A model generated the notes under the pieces. It saw only the letters and a program-made list of their open reading frames with translations, was not told the DNA's origin and ran no database searches. A program made the position numbers and the translations under genes. Below, piece by piece: positions 1-11,955 of a stretch of DNA of 64,000 nt (its first letter is position 1; each line of letters begins with the position of its first letter). The DNA comes from Rhodothermales bacterium (GTDB lineage Bacteria; Bacteroidota; Rhodothermia; Rhodothermales; JAHQVL01): assembly GCA_034439735.1 (NCBI GenBank), contig JAWXAX010000117.1, positions 2,148 to 66,147 of the forward strand, read 5' to 3'.

Positions 1-6
1 GGCGCC

Positions 7-34
7 GTAAAGACGCAATGTATTGCGTCTTTAC
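7..34. repeat. Perfect palindrome/hairpin (13-bp arms, GT centre) just downstream of secG
   Basis: GTAAAGACGCAAT-GT-ATTGCGTCTTTAC read directly; the arms are exact reverse complements. It shares the ..ATGTAT.. centre with the hairpins at 19528 and 31098 (43059 has a related centre). No U-run follows, so a terminator role is uncertain. Confidence 0.6.
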
Positions 35-74
35 CGAACGCGTGACGCCCTATCGTCCGCTATCGCGCTATCGG

Positions 75-440
75 TTAGTTATTCACCTCTCCGGCCGGGG
101 CGGCCTCCGTCGCGGGTGCCTCGGTCGCCGGCGTGGGCGGCGGCAACACTGGGACGGCTTGCTCGGTCTGCTGACCCTGAGCCCGCTGCTGGAGCACGCT
201 ATTCCGTGTCTCGCCCTGATCGATCAAGAAGTTCGAAAGGACGCAGAGCACGATAAAAAGACCTGCCATCGTCCACGTTGCTTTTTCCAGTACGTCGGGC
301 GCTTGCCGTGCACCCAGCATCTGCTGGGTACCGCCGGATGCGATGCCGGCCAGACCGCCGCCGCGCCCACTCTGAAGCAGCACGACAAATGTCATCAGAA
401 CAGCGATGATCGCGATGAGGATAATCAGAAAGGTATACAT
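75..440 (-). CDS. secG: Preprotein translocase subunit SecG
   Basis: 121 aa with N-terminal TM helix followed by the SecG signature LLQSGRGGGLAGIASGG, a second TM helix and a Pro/Ala/Thr-rich tail. Confidence 0.85.
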   Translation of the reverse strand: MYTFLIILIAIIAVLMTFVVLLQSGRGGGLAGIASGGTQQMLGARQAPDVLEKATWTMAGLFIVLCVLSNFLIDQGETRNSVLQQRAQGQQTEQAVPVLPPPTPATEAPATEAAPAGEVNN

Positions 441-524
441 GATCGTCTAATCGGTTACGGAGCCCTGCGTTTAATCATATCCCCATTGATAAGATCCGGT
501 ACCCATGGGGGAATTTGCTGCGCC

Positions 525-1064
525 CTACCGCAGCCTGTCCGCCGCAAGCCGCAAGGCGAGCGCGGTTTTCATATCGGTGATGGCGCCGGAGGCAATACGC
601 TGGAGTGCCTCGTGAAACGGGAGGTATACTACCTCGACAAACTCGTCCACATCCGGACGCGCCTCGCCCAGATGGAGCGACCGCGCCATGAAGAGATATA
701 TACATTCATCACTGAAGCCGATCGCCGGGTGGAACGCTCCCAGCGGCTCGAGCCGGTCACACGACCAGCCGGTCTCCTCCTCCAACTCCCGCATCGCCGC
801 GCGTTCGGGGTCATCCCCCGGACCGTCGAGTTTGCCTGCCGGCACTTCAAGAAACTCACGGTCTAGCGCATACCGAAACTGTCGTACCAGCACCACCCGG
901 CCGTCCGGCAAAACCGGCACCACGGCCGCCGCACCGGGATGGACGATACGCTCTCGTACCCCCTCGTTACCGTCCGGCAGCAACACAACATCCCGATATA
1001 CATCCAGCAGCTGACCGCGAAAGACGGATTCTGATGCCAGGCGTCGTTCCTCGAGGGATTTCAT
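525..1064 (-). CDS. Nudix hydrolase, ADP-ribose pyrophosphatase-like
   Basis: Nudix box GKLDGPGDDPERAAMRELEEETG; N-terminal ESVFRGQLLDVYRDVVLLPDG resembles NudF-type enzymes. Start placed at the internal Met (MKSLEE); the ORF-track start at 1112 would overlap rsmE. Confidence 0.8.
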   Translation of the reverse strand: MKSLEERRLASESVFRGQLLDVYRDVVLLPDGNEGVRERIVHPGAAAVVPVLPDGRVVLVRQFRYALDREFLEVPAGKLDGPGDDPERAAMRELEEETGWSCDRLEPLGAFHPAIGFSDECIYLFMARSLHLGEARPDVDEFVEVVYLPFHEALQRIASGAITDMKTALALRLAADRLR

Positions 1065-1804
1065 GGGGTTGATGGAATATGGCGTTGATAATGAAGCATG
1101 ATGCCAGCGCATACCGCGATTGCTGCCGTCTCCGCACGTAATCGGCGCTCGCCTAGAGATACCGCCCGGGCGCCGGCCGCGGTAAGCCGCGCCACCTCGT
1201 CGTCCGTAAACCCCCCTTCGGGCCCCACCAGCACCGTCAGCGCCGGTGGGGTCCCCGCACGGGCGATAACGTCCAGAAGCGCGTCTGACGCCGCGTCGCT
1301 CGCTTCATGGCAGACGAGTAGAAGTTCGGCGCCGACACCGGAGAGGCATTCCACGAGCGACCGCGGCTCGGCGGTGGACACCACCCGCGAACGCAGGCAC
1401 TGCTTCATAGCCGCCTGCAGGACGTGTTCGACTCGCGCGGGCCGAATCGACTGCTTCTCCGTCCGCGCCGTCACCAGAGGAATCACCTCGGACACCCCCA
1501 GCTCAGTCGCCTTCTCCAGAAAATGACTGAACCGCTTTTCCTGCTTGAGCAGCGCCATGCCGACCCGTAGCCGAAACGCCGGCTCTCCCACCTCCTCCCG
1601 TCGCTCTACGATCCGGCCGGCAACCTGGTGCGCATCGATTCCATCGATCACGACGCGATACCACCCCCCCGCCCCATCCACTACAACAATCTCGTCCCCG
1701 GTCCGGCGCCGCACCACGCGAAACGCGTGGAGCGCCTCGTCCGGAGGCAAAGTCAGCCGGTCACCGTGGACCCGGTCGGGCGGGGTATAGAAATACGTTG
1801 TCAT
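1061..1804 (-). CDS. rsmE: 16S rRNA (uracil1498-N3)-methyltransferase RsmE
   Basis: RsmE-family motifs LEKATELGVSEVIPLVTARTE and LVGPEGGFTDDEV. Start placed at MTTYFYTPP (cat at 1802-1804); the ORF track extends to 1852. Confidence 0.8.
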   Translation of the reverse strand: MTTYFYTPPDRVHGDRLTLPPDEALHAFRVVRRRTGDEIVVVDGAGGWYRVVIDGIDAHQVAGRIVERREEVGEPAFRLRVGMALLKQEKRFSHFLEKATELGVSEVIPLVTARTEKQSIRPARVEHVLQAAMKQCLRSRVVSTAEPRSLVECLSGVGAELLLVCHEASDAASDALLDVIARAGTPPALTVLVGPEGGFTDDEVARLTAAGARAVSLGERRLRAETAAIAVCAGIMLHYQRHIPSTP

Positions 1805-1885
1805 GGCGGGCGGGTTGAAGAGCGGGCAACCACCAAATCGCTCCGCCGGCACGGTGTTCCCACGTCGTTTTACATCGTTCCCACC

Positions 1886-3694
1886 TCAGAGCCCCACCGA
1901 CAACCCGACATGCACTTTTGCGTCCGTCGGTGTGTCTTCCGGACTGAGCGCGAAGCTGGTGTTAATGATCCCCATGGCGGTCTCAAACTGAAAACCGAAG
2001 CCGTACCCGGGGTACACGGCTTTCTGGCGAACGACGTTCTGCAACGCGGATCGATCCACATACCCGAGATCAAAAAATAGATAGGCAAACGAGGCGCGTT
2101 CGAACTGGTAGCGGTACTCCACGAAGCTTCGGTTTACAACCTGACCCCGAAAACGATCCTCTTCGTACCCCCGCAGGCTGGCCGCCCCCCCAAATCGAAA
2201 GAGATCGCTTTCGTCAAGCGCTTCGCCAATCACCGCTGAGGTGGCATTTCCAATAACGGCTACCTGCCGAGGGAGCGTCGGGAGATAGACCCGAGCCTGC
2301 ATGTGGAGCCGCTCCTGCCGGCCCAATGTCACCGACCGCACCGTATCCCCTGCCACCCCTGCATTAAAGGTGGCGCGCTCCTTGAGCCCTCGTTCGAACC
2401 GGGTCTCCACGACAAGCCCCCGGCGCGGATTGGCCGGCCGATCCACCCGCCGAAATCGAACCGTCGCACCGGCGTAGAAGGCGTCTGCGCGGGCGATGCG
2501 CTGCTGGCCGGCCACAAGCTGGGCGCCGGCAAAACCCGGACGCGTCACCTCCCGACTGAGCGTCAGCAGCAGCTCCAACCCACCTGGCAACCGATACCCC
2601 AGCGCCCCGTCGTAGCGCTGCTGCCCATAGGTCGAGTCCTGTTGAAGACCTTCGAAGTTCAGTTCCAGCTGCACGGGCAGCTTCGCCACAAAGGGATCGC
2701 GGAACGAGGCGTCGAGTTGGCTGATCTGCCCCGGTAACCGATTGAGCCGCAACGCCATCTCACGACCGCCGCCAAACAGATTACGGAGGTGTAGATTACC
2801 GTTGCCCACGAGGCCCTGCGCCCGCCCTCCACCGGTCGGCGGCTGATACCCCAGCACAAGGTCGAACACCCCGGGCGATGCTTCTTCCAGGCCGACGCGT
2901 AATCCGATGGCGCCCGACTCGAGCCGGTACAGCGCCGGCCGATCGACGCGCGCAAACTGCATCGTCTCTTCGAGGCGCTGCTGCAAAGCGTCCAGATCGT
3001 GTGTAAGCGGGTCGCCGGCGCGAAGGCCCAGCAACCGTTCCACATAATAAGGCCGCGTCCGCGCCGCGCCGGCAAGTTCAATCGCACCCAGAACGACCGG
3101 CTCCCCCTCATCCACCGCCATATCGATCCCCAACGACGACTCGGCAGGGTCCCCCTCCACGGTAATAGACTGGATGCGCACGGTCGTCAAGACGTACCCC
3201 AGCTCCACGTACGCGTCCAACATGTTCGCGACATCCTCCTCCAATTCCTGTGGATCGAGCAGCCGGCCCGAACGAGTTTTCATGAGCGACCGGAGCGACT
3301 CCGGAGACACCACCGCCGCCCCGTGGATCCGCACGGCGCCCACCCGAATCTCTGGCCCGGGAGCCACATATACGACCATTGCTCTCCGCCGATCCGTCCC
3401 CACGCGCCGAATGGAGTCGACCTCCGCCAGATAGTGCCCACGCCGGTGGAAAAGCGCCACGATATCCCTCGACACTCGCCCCAGACTGTCCGGATGCCAG
3501 CCCGACTGCGGCTTCACCTCGCGGCGCTGCCGGCCGTCGTCGGTCTGCCAGCGCAAAGTCGCCGAGCCGGCCTGCGCCGCCGCGTCCGCACCTACCCACA
3601 GTAGCATGCCTATCCACACCACCACGCCGGCCCAGATTTTCAGCCTGCGCCCCGTGGGATTCCCAGCGCTTTTTGCATATCTTTGCATAAACAA
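1886..3694 (-). CDS. BamA/TamA (Omp85)-family outer-membrane protein with POTRA-like N-half
   Basis: 602 aa; signal peptide ending ADAAAQAG, POTRA-like repeats, Gly/aromatic-rich C-terminal barrel (GYGFGFQFET, ends VHVGLSVGL). Confidence 0.7.
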   Translation of the reverse strand: MFMQRYAKSAGNPTGRRLKIWAGVVVWIGMLLWVGADAAAQAGSATLRWQTDDGRQRREVKPQSGWHPDSLGRVSRDIVALFHRRGHYLAEVDSIRRVGTDRRRAMVVYVAPGPEIRVGAVRIHGAAVVSPESLRSLMKTRSGRLLDPQELEEDVANMLDAYVELGYVLTTVRIQSITVEGDPAESSLGIDMAVDEGEPVVLGAIELAGAARTRPYYVERLLGLRAGDPLTHDLDALQQRLEETMQFARVDRPALYRLESGAIGLRVGLEEASPGVFDLVLGYQPPTGGGRAQGLVGNGNLHLRNLFGGGREMALRLNRLPGQISQLDASFRDPFVAKLPVQLELNFEGLQQDSTYGQQRYDGALGYRLPGGLELLLTLSREVTRPGFAGAQLVAGQQRIARADAFYAGATVRFRRVDRPANPRRGLVVETRFERGLKERATFNAGVAGDTVRSVTLGRQERLHMQARVYLPTLPRQVAVIGNATSAVIGEALDESDLFRFGGAASLRGYEEDRFRGQVVNRSFVEYRYQFERASFAYLFFDLGYVDRSALQNVVRQKAVYPGYGFGFQFETAMGIINTSFALSPEDTPTDAKVHVGLSVGL

Positions 3695-3707
3695 CGCCTA
3701 CCTCGCC

Positions 3708-4157
3708 ATGCCCGTGAATCGTACGATCTCCCCTCCCGTCGCAACAGGCGCCTCTTTTACCGCCACGTTTGTTGTACCATTTCTCGTGCTGACCGCCCTG
3801 GCCACGGCCGGCTTCCGCGCGCCGGCCTCGCACCGCCTCGAGGAGCAAACGAATGCCTCCTTCCTCCGTTCCTACACCGACACGACCCTCTCAGGTCATC
3901 GCGCCGTCCCCGCCGAGACGCTTTCGTACGTGGTCCAGTCCGGCGAAGTGCTCATTTTTAACCTGCCTTCCTCTTTTGGCACCCGACGGATGGAGCGGTA
4001 CCGCCTCAAGCAAGCGCCGGCGCTGAGCTGGCTCGTCGATCGTTCCTACTTCTGGCGGACGCTTTCGAAGGACGTCGGGGAGCACACGCTCATCTTCGAA
4101 GCCACAGCGGTTGGATCGACGCTGGAGGACATCTACGTAGTGGTCGATGTCCGCTGA
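3708..4157 (+). CDS. Hypothetical exported/membrane-anchored protein
   Basis: ATG at 3708 avoids overlap with the divergent Omp85 gene. Hydrophobic N-terminus FTATFVVPFLVLTALATAGF; no recognisable motif. 3' end overlaps the mutY start by 11 nt, suggesting an operon. Confidence 0.5.
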   Translation: MPVNRTISPPVATGASFTATFVVPFLVLTALATAGFRAPASHRLEEQTNASFLRSYTDTTLSGHRAVPAETLSYVVQSGEVLIFNLPSSFGTRRMERYRLKQAPALSWLVDRSYFWRTLSKDVGEHTLIFEATAVGSTLEDIYVVVDVR

Positions 4158-5238
4158 CGACGCGGAGGCCTTACCGGAATTCAGAGACGCGCTGCTTGCC
4201 TGGTACGGGCAGGTAGCGCGGCCCATGCCGTGGCGAAATTCGGCCGACCCGTATCGGATATGGCTTTCGGAGATCATGCTCCAGCAGACGCGGGTAGACC
4301 AGGTGTTGCCGTATTTCGAACGATTCGTGGCGGCTTTTCCCGATCTGCCGGCCCTCGCTAGCGCCCCACTCGATGAGGTTCTACGCCACTGGGAGGGCCT
4401 CGGCTATTATTCCCGAGCCCGCAATCTGCACGCTGCCTCCCGCGCCATGGCCGAACACCACGCGGGGCGCATCCCATCTACCTACGAAGCCATCGTCGCG
4501 TTGCCGGGCATAGGCCCCTACACGGCCGCCGCCGTATTGTCCATCGCCTACGGCCGTCCGCACGCCGCGGTGGACGGCAATGTGATCCGTGTCCTGTCCC
4601 GCCTGTTCGTCGTGACCGACGATGTCGGAGCCGGCCGCACCCGCGCCCACCTCCAACGCCTCGCGGATACCTTGATCGACCCCCGGCGGCCCGGCGATTA
4701 TAACCAGGCCCTGATGGAGCTGGGCGCAACGGTTTGCATCCCACGCTCGCCACGATGCGGGGCCTGCCCGATCGCGCTCTGGTGTCGGGCATGCGCCGAA
4801 GGGACCCAGGAAAACTTTCCGGTGAAGACGAAAAAAGGGCCTACGCCGCATTATCATCACGTGGTGGGCATCGTCCGCAACGAGGCCGGCGAATATTTAA
4901 TCCACCAGCGCCACGAGGAGAACATGTTGGGTGGAATGTGGACCTTCCCCGGCGGCCGGCTCGAGGCAGGCGAGTCGGTCGAGGCGGCCTGCCGTCGCCT
5001 CCTCCTGGAAGATTTCGACATCGATGCGCTGGCCGAATCGCCGTTTCACCGGCTCTCGCACGCGTATTCCCACTTCAAGATCACGTTGAATGCTTGCGAC
5101 TGCCAGAACGCCCGCCCGCGGGACACACCCGGTGACCGTCGGCTGAAATGGGTCGCAGCAGAAGCGCTGACCGAGCACGCCTTCGATCGGGCGAGTCGCA
5201 AATTGATTGACGCGATACGCCTCCGCGACGCCTCATAG
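4147..5238 (+). CDS. mutY: A/G-specific adenine DNA glycosylase MutY
   Basis: PWRNSADPYRIWLSEIMLQQTRV, GLGYYSRARNLH, Fe-S cluster cysteines CIPRSPRCGACPIALWC, C-terminal Nudix-like domain. Confidence 0.9.
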   Translation: MSADDAEALPEFRDALLAWYGQVARPMPWRNSADPYRIWLSEIMLQQTRVDQVLPYFERFVAAFPDLPALASAPLDEVLRHWEGLGYYSRARNLHAASRAMAEHHAGRIPSTYEAIVALPGIGPYTAAAVLSIAYGRPHAAVDGNVIRVLSRLFVVTDDVGAGRTRAHLQRLADTLIDPRRPGDYNQALMELGATVCIPRSPRCGACPIALWCRACAEGTQENFPVKTKKGPTPHYHHVVGIVRNEAGEYLIHQRHEENMLGGMWTFPGGRLEAGESVEAACRRLLLEDFDIDALAESPFHRLSHAYSHFKITLNACDCQNARPRDTPGDRRLKWVAAEALTEHAFDRASRKLIDAIRLRDAS

Positions 5239-5318
5239 GGGGATTCGGCCCCGACTTTGATTTTGGGACGCGCCTGCCACTCGGCATCGTATCACGTACG
5301 TCTCGAATCTACGTCGCC

Positions 5319-7637
5319 ATGGGTTTTTTTCGTACCGGGCTGCCGGCCATGTATCTCCTGTCTCTGTTCGCCCCGGCCAGCGTCGCTCAGTCTACTACTT
5401 CATTTCTCGAGGCCCGTTCGATCCGGGCGGCCGAACGGGAGCGGCTCGCCGATGTGCGTGGACTGGATCATGCACCAGAGGACGGGTCGGTCGCGCTCAT
5501 CGGAATGAGCGACGGGCATCCCGTGTACTTCGGCACCCAAAACGATGCCGTCGCGCTGGCGATGGGCGTGCGCGGCCTGCACTTGCGCGCCGGCGCCTCG
5601 CTGACCGGCGCCGGGCAGATCATCGGCCTGTGGGACGAGGGGCCTGTTTACGCGGACCACCAGGAGCTCTCGGGCCGCGTAGCCGACCAGGACGGCGGAG
5701 CCCCTTCCAGCCACGCTACCCATGTCGCCGGCACGCTGGCGGCCGCGGGCATCGACCCCGATGCGCGCGGCATGGCGCCGGCGGCCCGCCTCCGTTCACA
5801 CGACTGGCTTCTACATGCCACGGAGATGCTGGAGGCGGCCCAGGGAGGGATGCTGCTGTCCAACCATTCCTATGGACGCGTGACCGGATGGCACCGGATC
5901 CGCGTGAGCGACACCGAAAGCGTCTGGTATTGGTTCGGCGACCCGCGGGTGAGCACCGAGGAAGATTACGCGTTCGGAGCCTATGACCAGGATGCCGCCC
6001 ATTTCGACGCCGTAACCGACGCTTTCCCCTATTTTTTACCCGTCGTCGCCGCCGGCAACGACCGCGACGACCCGGGCCCCTCCACCGGGACGTACTGGGC
6101 ACTGACGGAGCAAAGCCGTTGGACGCCGTTTGATGTTTCCGGTCGCCGCATCGCGCCGGACGGAGGGGAGAGCGGATACGACACCATCGCCAGCTTCGCG
6201 CTCGCAAAAAACGCGCTCACCGTAGGGTCCCTGGCGCCGGCACCTGCGGGCGTAGGCGATCGCGTCAGCGGATTCAGCGGCATGGGACCAACCGATGACG
6301 GGCGCGTCAAGCCGGACGTGATCAGCCCGGGCGAAGACCTGTACTCGCCGGTCGCCCTCGGGCCCGCCTCGTATCGTGTCTCCTCCGGCACCTCGATGGC
6401 CGCGCCCACGGTTACAGGTAGCCTGGCCCTGCTTCAAGAACTGGCGGAAAACGAGCGCGGCGCCCCGCTGCGTGCCGCCTCCCTGAAGGGTCTCGTCCTC
6501 CACACCGCCCGAGATGTCGGCGCTCCGGGTCCCGACTATAGCTCCGGCTGGGGCCGGTTCGACGCCGCCGCCGCCGCAGAGACGCTGCTCGACGCCACGC
6601 ATCATCCGACGGTGCTGATGGAAATGGAGCATCCGCTGGTTCAGTCGCACCGTGTACCCCTCACATTGGACCTCTCCGGACCACTCCGCCTTACCCTCTC
6701 GTGGACCGATGCGCCCGGGCAACCCCTGGGTAGTCGGTCGCCGGATGTGCTGGACAACCCCACGCCGCACCTGGTGCGTGACCTGGATCTCCGTCTCTAC
6801 CACCTGCCAAGCGGCCTGGAATACCGACCTTTTGTACTGGACCCGGCCGCCCCGCAGGCCGTGGCCAGGCCGGGGGATAATCGGGTGGATCCCATCGAAC
6901 AGATCGACCTGCGCGAGGCCCTGGCCGGCTCGTATATCGTCGAGGTATCGATGAAAAACGCCCCCGACACCCCGGTCGCGTTTACCTTGCTCGTCGCCGG
7001 CGCTCGGGACGACGCGGACCCCGTAACAGTGGACTCCGCCCACGCCGACGTGCGCGTCGATAGGGTAGAGTTGACCTGGACGGCCCGGCAGGAACGTCTC
7101 GCCGGGGCCTATGTGATCGAACGAGCCGTCATCGGTACTGAGGGGTTCAATGGGCCACTCGATGCCCGGTTTGAACCCGTCGCGCTACTGCCTGCCAGAC
7201 TGGATGCGACCCTACCCGGGAGCGCCGAGGTAGCTGTCGGGAAGAGCTATACCTATACCGAGCCGATCGACGCCTCCGGCGTGCGGTTCTATCGGATGTA
7301 TTTTGTCGCGCCCCGGTCGAATACCCGTTTCTTCATCACTTCCCTGCGGGTGGACGTACCGCTGCCCGCGCGGCTGGCGGTGGTATCGGCATTCCCGAAC
7401 CCGTTTCGGGGCCGGGCGACGGCCTTGATAGACGTGCCCGAGACCCAGCAGGTGGTGGTGGAACTGGTGGATGTCCTCGGCCGCCGGCGGTTGCTGCTGG
7501 TGGATGCTCCGCTCGCCGCGGGACGGCATACGGTGCCCATCGAAGCAGAGGCTCTGCCGGCAGGGCTGTATTATATTCGCCTGATAGGCACGCGCGGCAC
7601 GGCGACTCGATCCATCATTCACATGCCGGGCCATTGA
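5319..7637 (+). CDS. S8 (subtilisin-family) serine protease with T9SS C-terminal sorting domain
   Basis: Signal peptide ending ASVAQ. Catalytic motifs GLWDEG (Asp), HATHVAGTLAAAG (His), GTSMAAPTVTG (Ser). C-terminus FPNPFRGRATALIDV...GLYYIRLIG matches the Por secretion tail pattern. Confidence 0.85.
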   Translation: MGFFRTGLPAMYLLSLFAPASVAQSTTSFLEARSIRAAERERLADVRGLDHAPEDGSVALIGMSDGHPVYFGTQNDAVALAMGVRGLHLRAGASLTGAGQIIGLWDEGPVYADHQELSGRVADQDGGAPSSHATHVAGTLAAAGIDPDARGMAPAARLRSHDWLLHATEMLEAAQGGMLLSNHSYGRVTGWHRIRVSDTESVWYWFGDPRVSTEEDYAFGAYDQDAAHFDAVTDAFPYFLPVVAAGNDRDDPGPSTGTYWALTEQSRWTPFDVSGRRIAPDGGESGYDTIASFALAKNALTVGSLAPAPAGVGDRVSGFSGMGPTDDGRVKPDVISPGEDLYSPVALGPASYRVSSGTSMAAPTVTGSLALLQELAENERGAPLRAASLKGLVLHTARDVGAPGPDYSSGWGRFDAAAAAETLLDATHHPTVLMEMEHPLVQSHRVPLTLDLSGPLRLTLSWTDAPGQPLGSRSPDVLDNPTPHLVRDLDLRLYHLPSGLEYRPFVLDPAAPQAVARPGDNRVDPIEQIDLREALAGSYIVEVSMKNAPDTPVAFTLLVAGARDDADPVTVDSAHADVRVDRVELTWTARQERLAGAYVIERAVIGTEGFNGPLDARFEPVALLPARLDATLPGSAEVAVGKSYTYTEPIDASGVRFYRMYFVAPRSNTRFFITSLRVDVPLPARLAVVSAFPNPFRGRATALIDVPETQQVVVELVDVLGRRRLLLVDAPLAAGRHTVPIEAEALPAGLYYIRLIGTRGTATRSIIHMPGH

Positions 7638-7707
7638 ACGGGAAGGTAGCCGGAGCGTATATTGACCGCGGGCTCTCGCTCTCATACACCTGAACTGGCG
7701 GTCGCAC

Positions 7708-8358
7708 ATGTCAGAAATTGTTATCTGGATCCTGTTTTTTGTCTTTTACCTGATCTTCCAGGTACTCGGTAAAAAGAAGCGACCGAAACCCCAGACGTTG
7801 CCGCCGGAAGCTACCGGTGGGGAGGACGGCTCGAGCCGACCGGCCACCCTCGAGGACGCGCTTCGGGAGATCCAGGAGGCGCTGCGCCAACCCGGGAATC
7901 AGCCCGGGAATCAACCGCGAGAACAGCCCAGATCGCTGCCTTCGACGGCGTCCGAGCCCGTTCGCCCCTTGCCGGCACCGCCCCGAAAGCTGCCGCAGCG
8001 CGCGACATCATCCGACTTCCGGAGCCTGGAAGCCCCCCCACGGGAGATGGCCGGCCCGGAGTTCCAGCGACGCGAGCGCACCAACCTCGAGCGCACCCAT
8101 TGGGAGGAACCACTCGCCCGACGAACGGAGGTCCCTCGCCCTGTCGAAGTGCGCCCATCGACATCGACGCCTCTCATCAAGTCGTCGCTTATCGGAGCGA
8201 GGACGGCTGGTATCCCCTCCCCGACTACACAGGCCAGCCTGTTACGTGCATCGATCGCAGACGACGTTCGGGATCCAAAGCGCCTGCAAAAGGCCTGGCT
8301 GCTCAAGGAAGTGTTTGACGATCCCGCCTATAAGCGGCTCATCAAACCAGGATCGTAA
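7708..8358 (+). CDS. Hypothetical N-terminally anchored, Pro/Arg-rich (probably disordered) protein
   Basis: TM helix IVIWILFFVFYLIFQVL followed by KKKRPKP, then low-complexity sequence including a PGNQPGNQP duplication. No recognisable domain. Confidence 0.5.
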   Translation: MSEIVIWILFFVFYLIFQVLGKKKRPKPQTLPPEATGGEDGSSRPATLEDALREIQEALRQPGNQPGNQPREQPRSLPSTASEPVRPLPAPPRKLPQRATSSDFRSLEAPPREMAGPEFQRRERTNLERTHWEEPLARRTEVPRPVEVRPSTSTPLIKSSLIGARTAGIPSPTTQASLLRASIADDVRDPKRLQKAWLLKEVFDDPAYKRLIKPGS

Positions 8359-8361
8359 GTT

Positions 8362-8886
8362 TTATTCGTTCGGGAATGCCCCGCCTTTCTTAAATGCCGA
8401 GGCCCCTATCGCGCCGCCGGCCGTGCCCAGTACGGCGCCCAGAAGGATACCGACGAGCACCAGGCCGATAAAAAACATGGGGCTATCGACAAGCCCCATG
8501 ATGGTGTCGAGCTGCTCGGAGGGCATCTGGCCGCTTTCTTCCAACTGCTGGAAGGCTTCCTCCATCGTAGGGGTCAGGCCGAGTTTCGACGAGATATACC
8601 CCAACACTGAACTGACGACGGAAGCAATGACGCCGGTGAGAGCGCCCATGCTGGCGCCGGTCCCTCCGGCAATCGTTAATTCGTAGGAATTGGTATAGTG
8701 CCAGGTCGACATCAGGCCGGCCCCGATATAGGCCAGGCAACAGAGACATCCTCCCACGACCGGGACATTGGCCAGGAGCGTGACGAGTACGCCGGAGGCG
8801 ACCCCGCTCAGAAGGATGGATTGCATCTTGTTCGACATGCCGTTCAGAATTAAATGGGAGGTTGGGCGATTTTCAGCTGTCGGCAA
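8362..8886 (-). CDS. Hypothetical multi-pass membrane protein
   Basis: 174 aa with about 4 hydrophobic helices (LLSGVASGVLVTLLANV, CLAYIGAGLMS, GALTGVIASVVSSVLG, FFIGLVLVGILLGAVLG). The real start may be an internal Met. Confidence 0.55.
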   Translation of the reverse strand: MPTAENRPTSHLILNGMSNKMQSILLSGVASGVLVTLLANVPVVGGCLCCLAYIGAGLMSTWHYTNSYELTIAGGTGASMGALTGVIASVVSSVLGYISSKLGLTPTMEEAFQQLEESGQMPSEQLDTIMGLVDSPMFFIGLVLVGILLGAVLGTAGGAIGASAFKKGGAFPNE

Positions 8887-8957
8887 CGGGTCGAATCGCA
8901 GCCGGCGCCGGCGGAAAATAGCACCTACGTTCCGAAGAAAAAACGGATACAGCAGGC

Positions 8958-9491
8958 TTATCTGATCGTATGCACGACCGCCGAATGCGGTGCGGGCAGG
9001 TTATCGACCGCCCGGGCGAGCACTACCCCGGCGACCAACCCAAATATCAGCCCCGTGGTAGTCCGTGTGAACGGGGTATTTTGCCCTATCTGGAGGGCCG
9101 TCAACGCCCAGTCAATTCCCAGGGGTACCACGCCGGCCGCGAGCAACGCCAGCGTATGCCGGCCAATAGAATCGGTGTGACGCCGAACGAGAGGCCACAA
9201 GAGTAACGCCGCTGCCAGACCCACATATACCCCGAAACAGCGTTGACACACGGCAAACGGCAACCCGGCAACGTGAAACGTTCGATCCGGCAACTGATGG
9301 CACACCTGCGCGAAGGCGAGCACGACCATGTGACGCCAGCCAGGCGGCAGGACGGTCGGCAGGACGATGAGGAGCGGGACCAGGAAAACGCTGATCTGGA
9401 GTAAGCGGCGTAGTACTCGGTTTGGCATCATGCTTGAAGATAGGATGGTTGGGACATTCATGCATCCGTTCTGGCAGATTTTGCACGACAT
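8958..9491 (-). CDS. DUF2085-family membrane protein
   Basis: Signature CHQLPDRTFHVAGLPFAVCQRCFGVYVGL plus 4 TM helices. The start is possibly the internal MMPNRV (about 9431). Confidence 0.65.
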   Translation of the reverse strand: MSCKICQNGCMNVPTILSSSMMPNRVLRRLLQISVFLVPLLIVLPTVLPPGWRHMVVLAFAQVCHQLPDRTFHVAGLPFAVCQRCFGVYVGLAAALLLWPLVRRHTDSIGRHTLALLAAGVVPLGIDWALTALQIGQNTPFTRTTTGLIFGLVAGVVLARAVDNLPAPHSAVVHTIR

Positions 9492-9750
9492 CCTGACACG
9501 GCGTCACGGCGCGTACGCGCCTGTCTCGCGCGTTCTGTCAGCCAGGCTGACGGGTTCGCCTGCTGACCGGCCGGCCGGCCGGTCTCTGGAACACCGTCTA
9601 CCCTTCCGGGTTTATCAGGGCCGCCGCGCAAACCCCTTCCATAACGTTGTCAACGATGGCTCGTTCAGGTGTTGACGGTATAGTGGCTGCCGGATAGGGC
9701 CGAGGCCATTCCCCTTTTTTTCTTGAATACACATGACGTGCATCCCCGCA

Positions 9751-9777
9751 CTGGCACTCCTCTCAAGAGAGTGCTAA
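9751..9777 (+). promoter_or_regulatory. CIRCE heat-shock operator (HrcA site) upstream of groES
   Basis: CTGGCACTC-N9-GAGTGCTAA versus consensus TTAGCACTC-N9-GAGTGCTAA (7/9 and 9/9). Lies 67 nt upstream of the groES ATG. A tentative CTTGAA(9722)-N16-CCCC heat-shock-promoter-like pair sits just upstream. Confidence 0.8.
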
Positions 9778-9843
9778 CAGGGAGGCGCCGAAGTGAGTGA
9801 ATACGTACTCTCATCAACTAAACCAATCCAGGAGGATAACCAG

Positions 9844-10131
9844 ATGGCAAGCATCAAGCCGCTTGGCGACCGCGTTGTTGTCCGCCCAGAACCAGCCGAA
9901 GAAAAAACTTCGAGCGGGCTCTACATCCCCGATGCAGCGAAAGAGAAACCCCAGCGGGGTACCATCGTCGCCGTCGGACCCGGGCGTGTTGAAAATGGCA
10001 CCAAGATCGACATGACGGTCAAGAAATCCGACATCGTCCTCTACGGCAAATACGCCGGCACCGAAATCACAATCGGCGGCGAAGAGCTGTTGATCATGCG
10101 TGAGACGGACATCCTCGGCATCGTCGACTGA
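9844..10131 (+). CDS. groES: Co-chaperonin GroES
   Basis: [30 protein letters not shown]...; AGGAGG Shine-Dalgarno sequence 8 nt upstream of the ATG at 9844. The ORF-track start 9793 is an upstream GTG. Confidence 0.95.
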   Translation: MASIKPLGDRVVVRPEPAEEKTSSGLYIPDAAKEKPQRGTIVAVGPGRVENGTKIDMTVKKSDIVLYGKYAGTEITIGGEELLIMRETDILGIVD

Positions 10132-10181
10132 TCGGTCAAAATAGGCCCTATTGGGCCATTTTTGACATTTGTTACGACTAG

Positions 10182-11840
<1,659 letters not shown>

Positions 11841-11909
11841 ATGGTCTCAGGTTCGAGGTTCAAGGTTTAAGGACTTTACCCATCGAACTGAATCATCCCT
11901 GAAACGCCA

Positions 11910-11946
11910 GGCGGCGAGGCCTTCGGGCCTTGCCGCCCTTTTTTTG
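11910..11946 (+). terminator. Rho-independent terminator after groEL
   Basis: GGCGGCGAGGCC-TTCG-GGCCTTGCCGCC (12-bp stem, one G-U pair) followed by CTTTTTTTG. Confidence 0.8.
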
Positions 11947-11955
11947 TGCCTGCCG

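Noticed and set aside
18-866. 282-aa plus-strand ORF covering the secG and Nudix region
   Set aside because: It runs antisense to two genes with clear family signatures and has an Arg/Gly/Pro-rich composition typical of spurious antisense ORFs in high-GC DNA. No motif is present.
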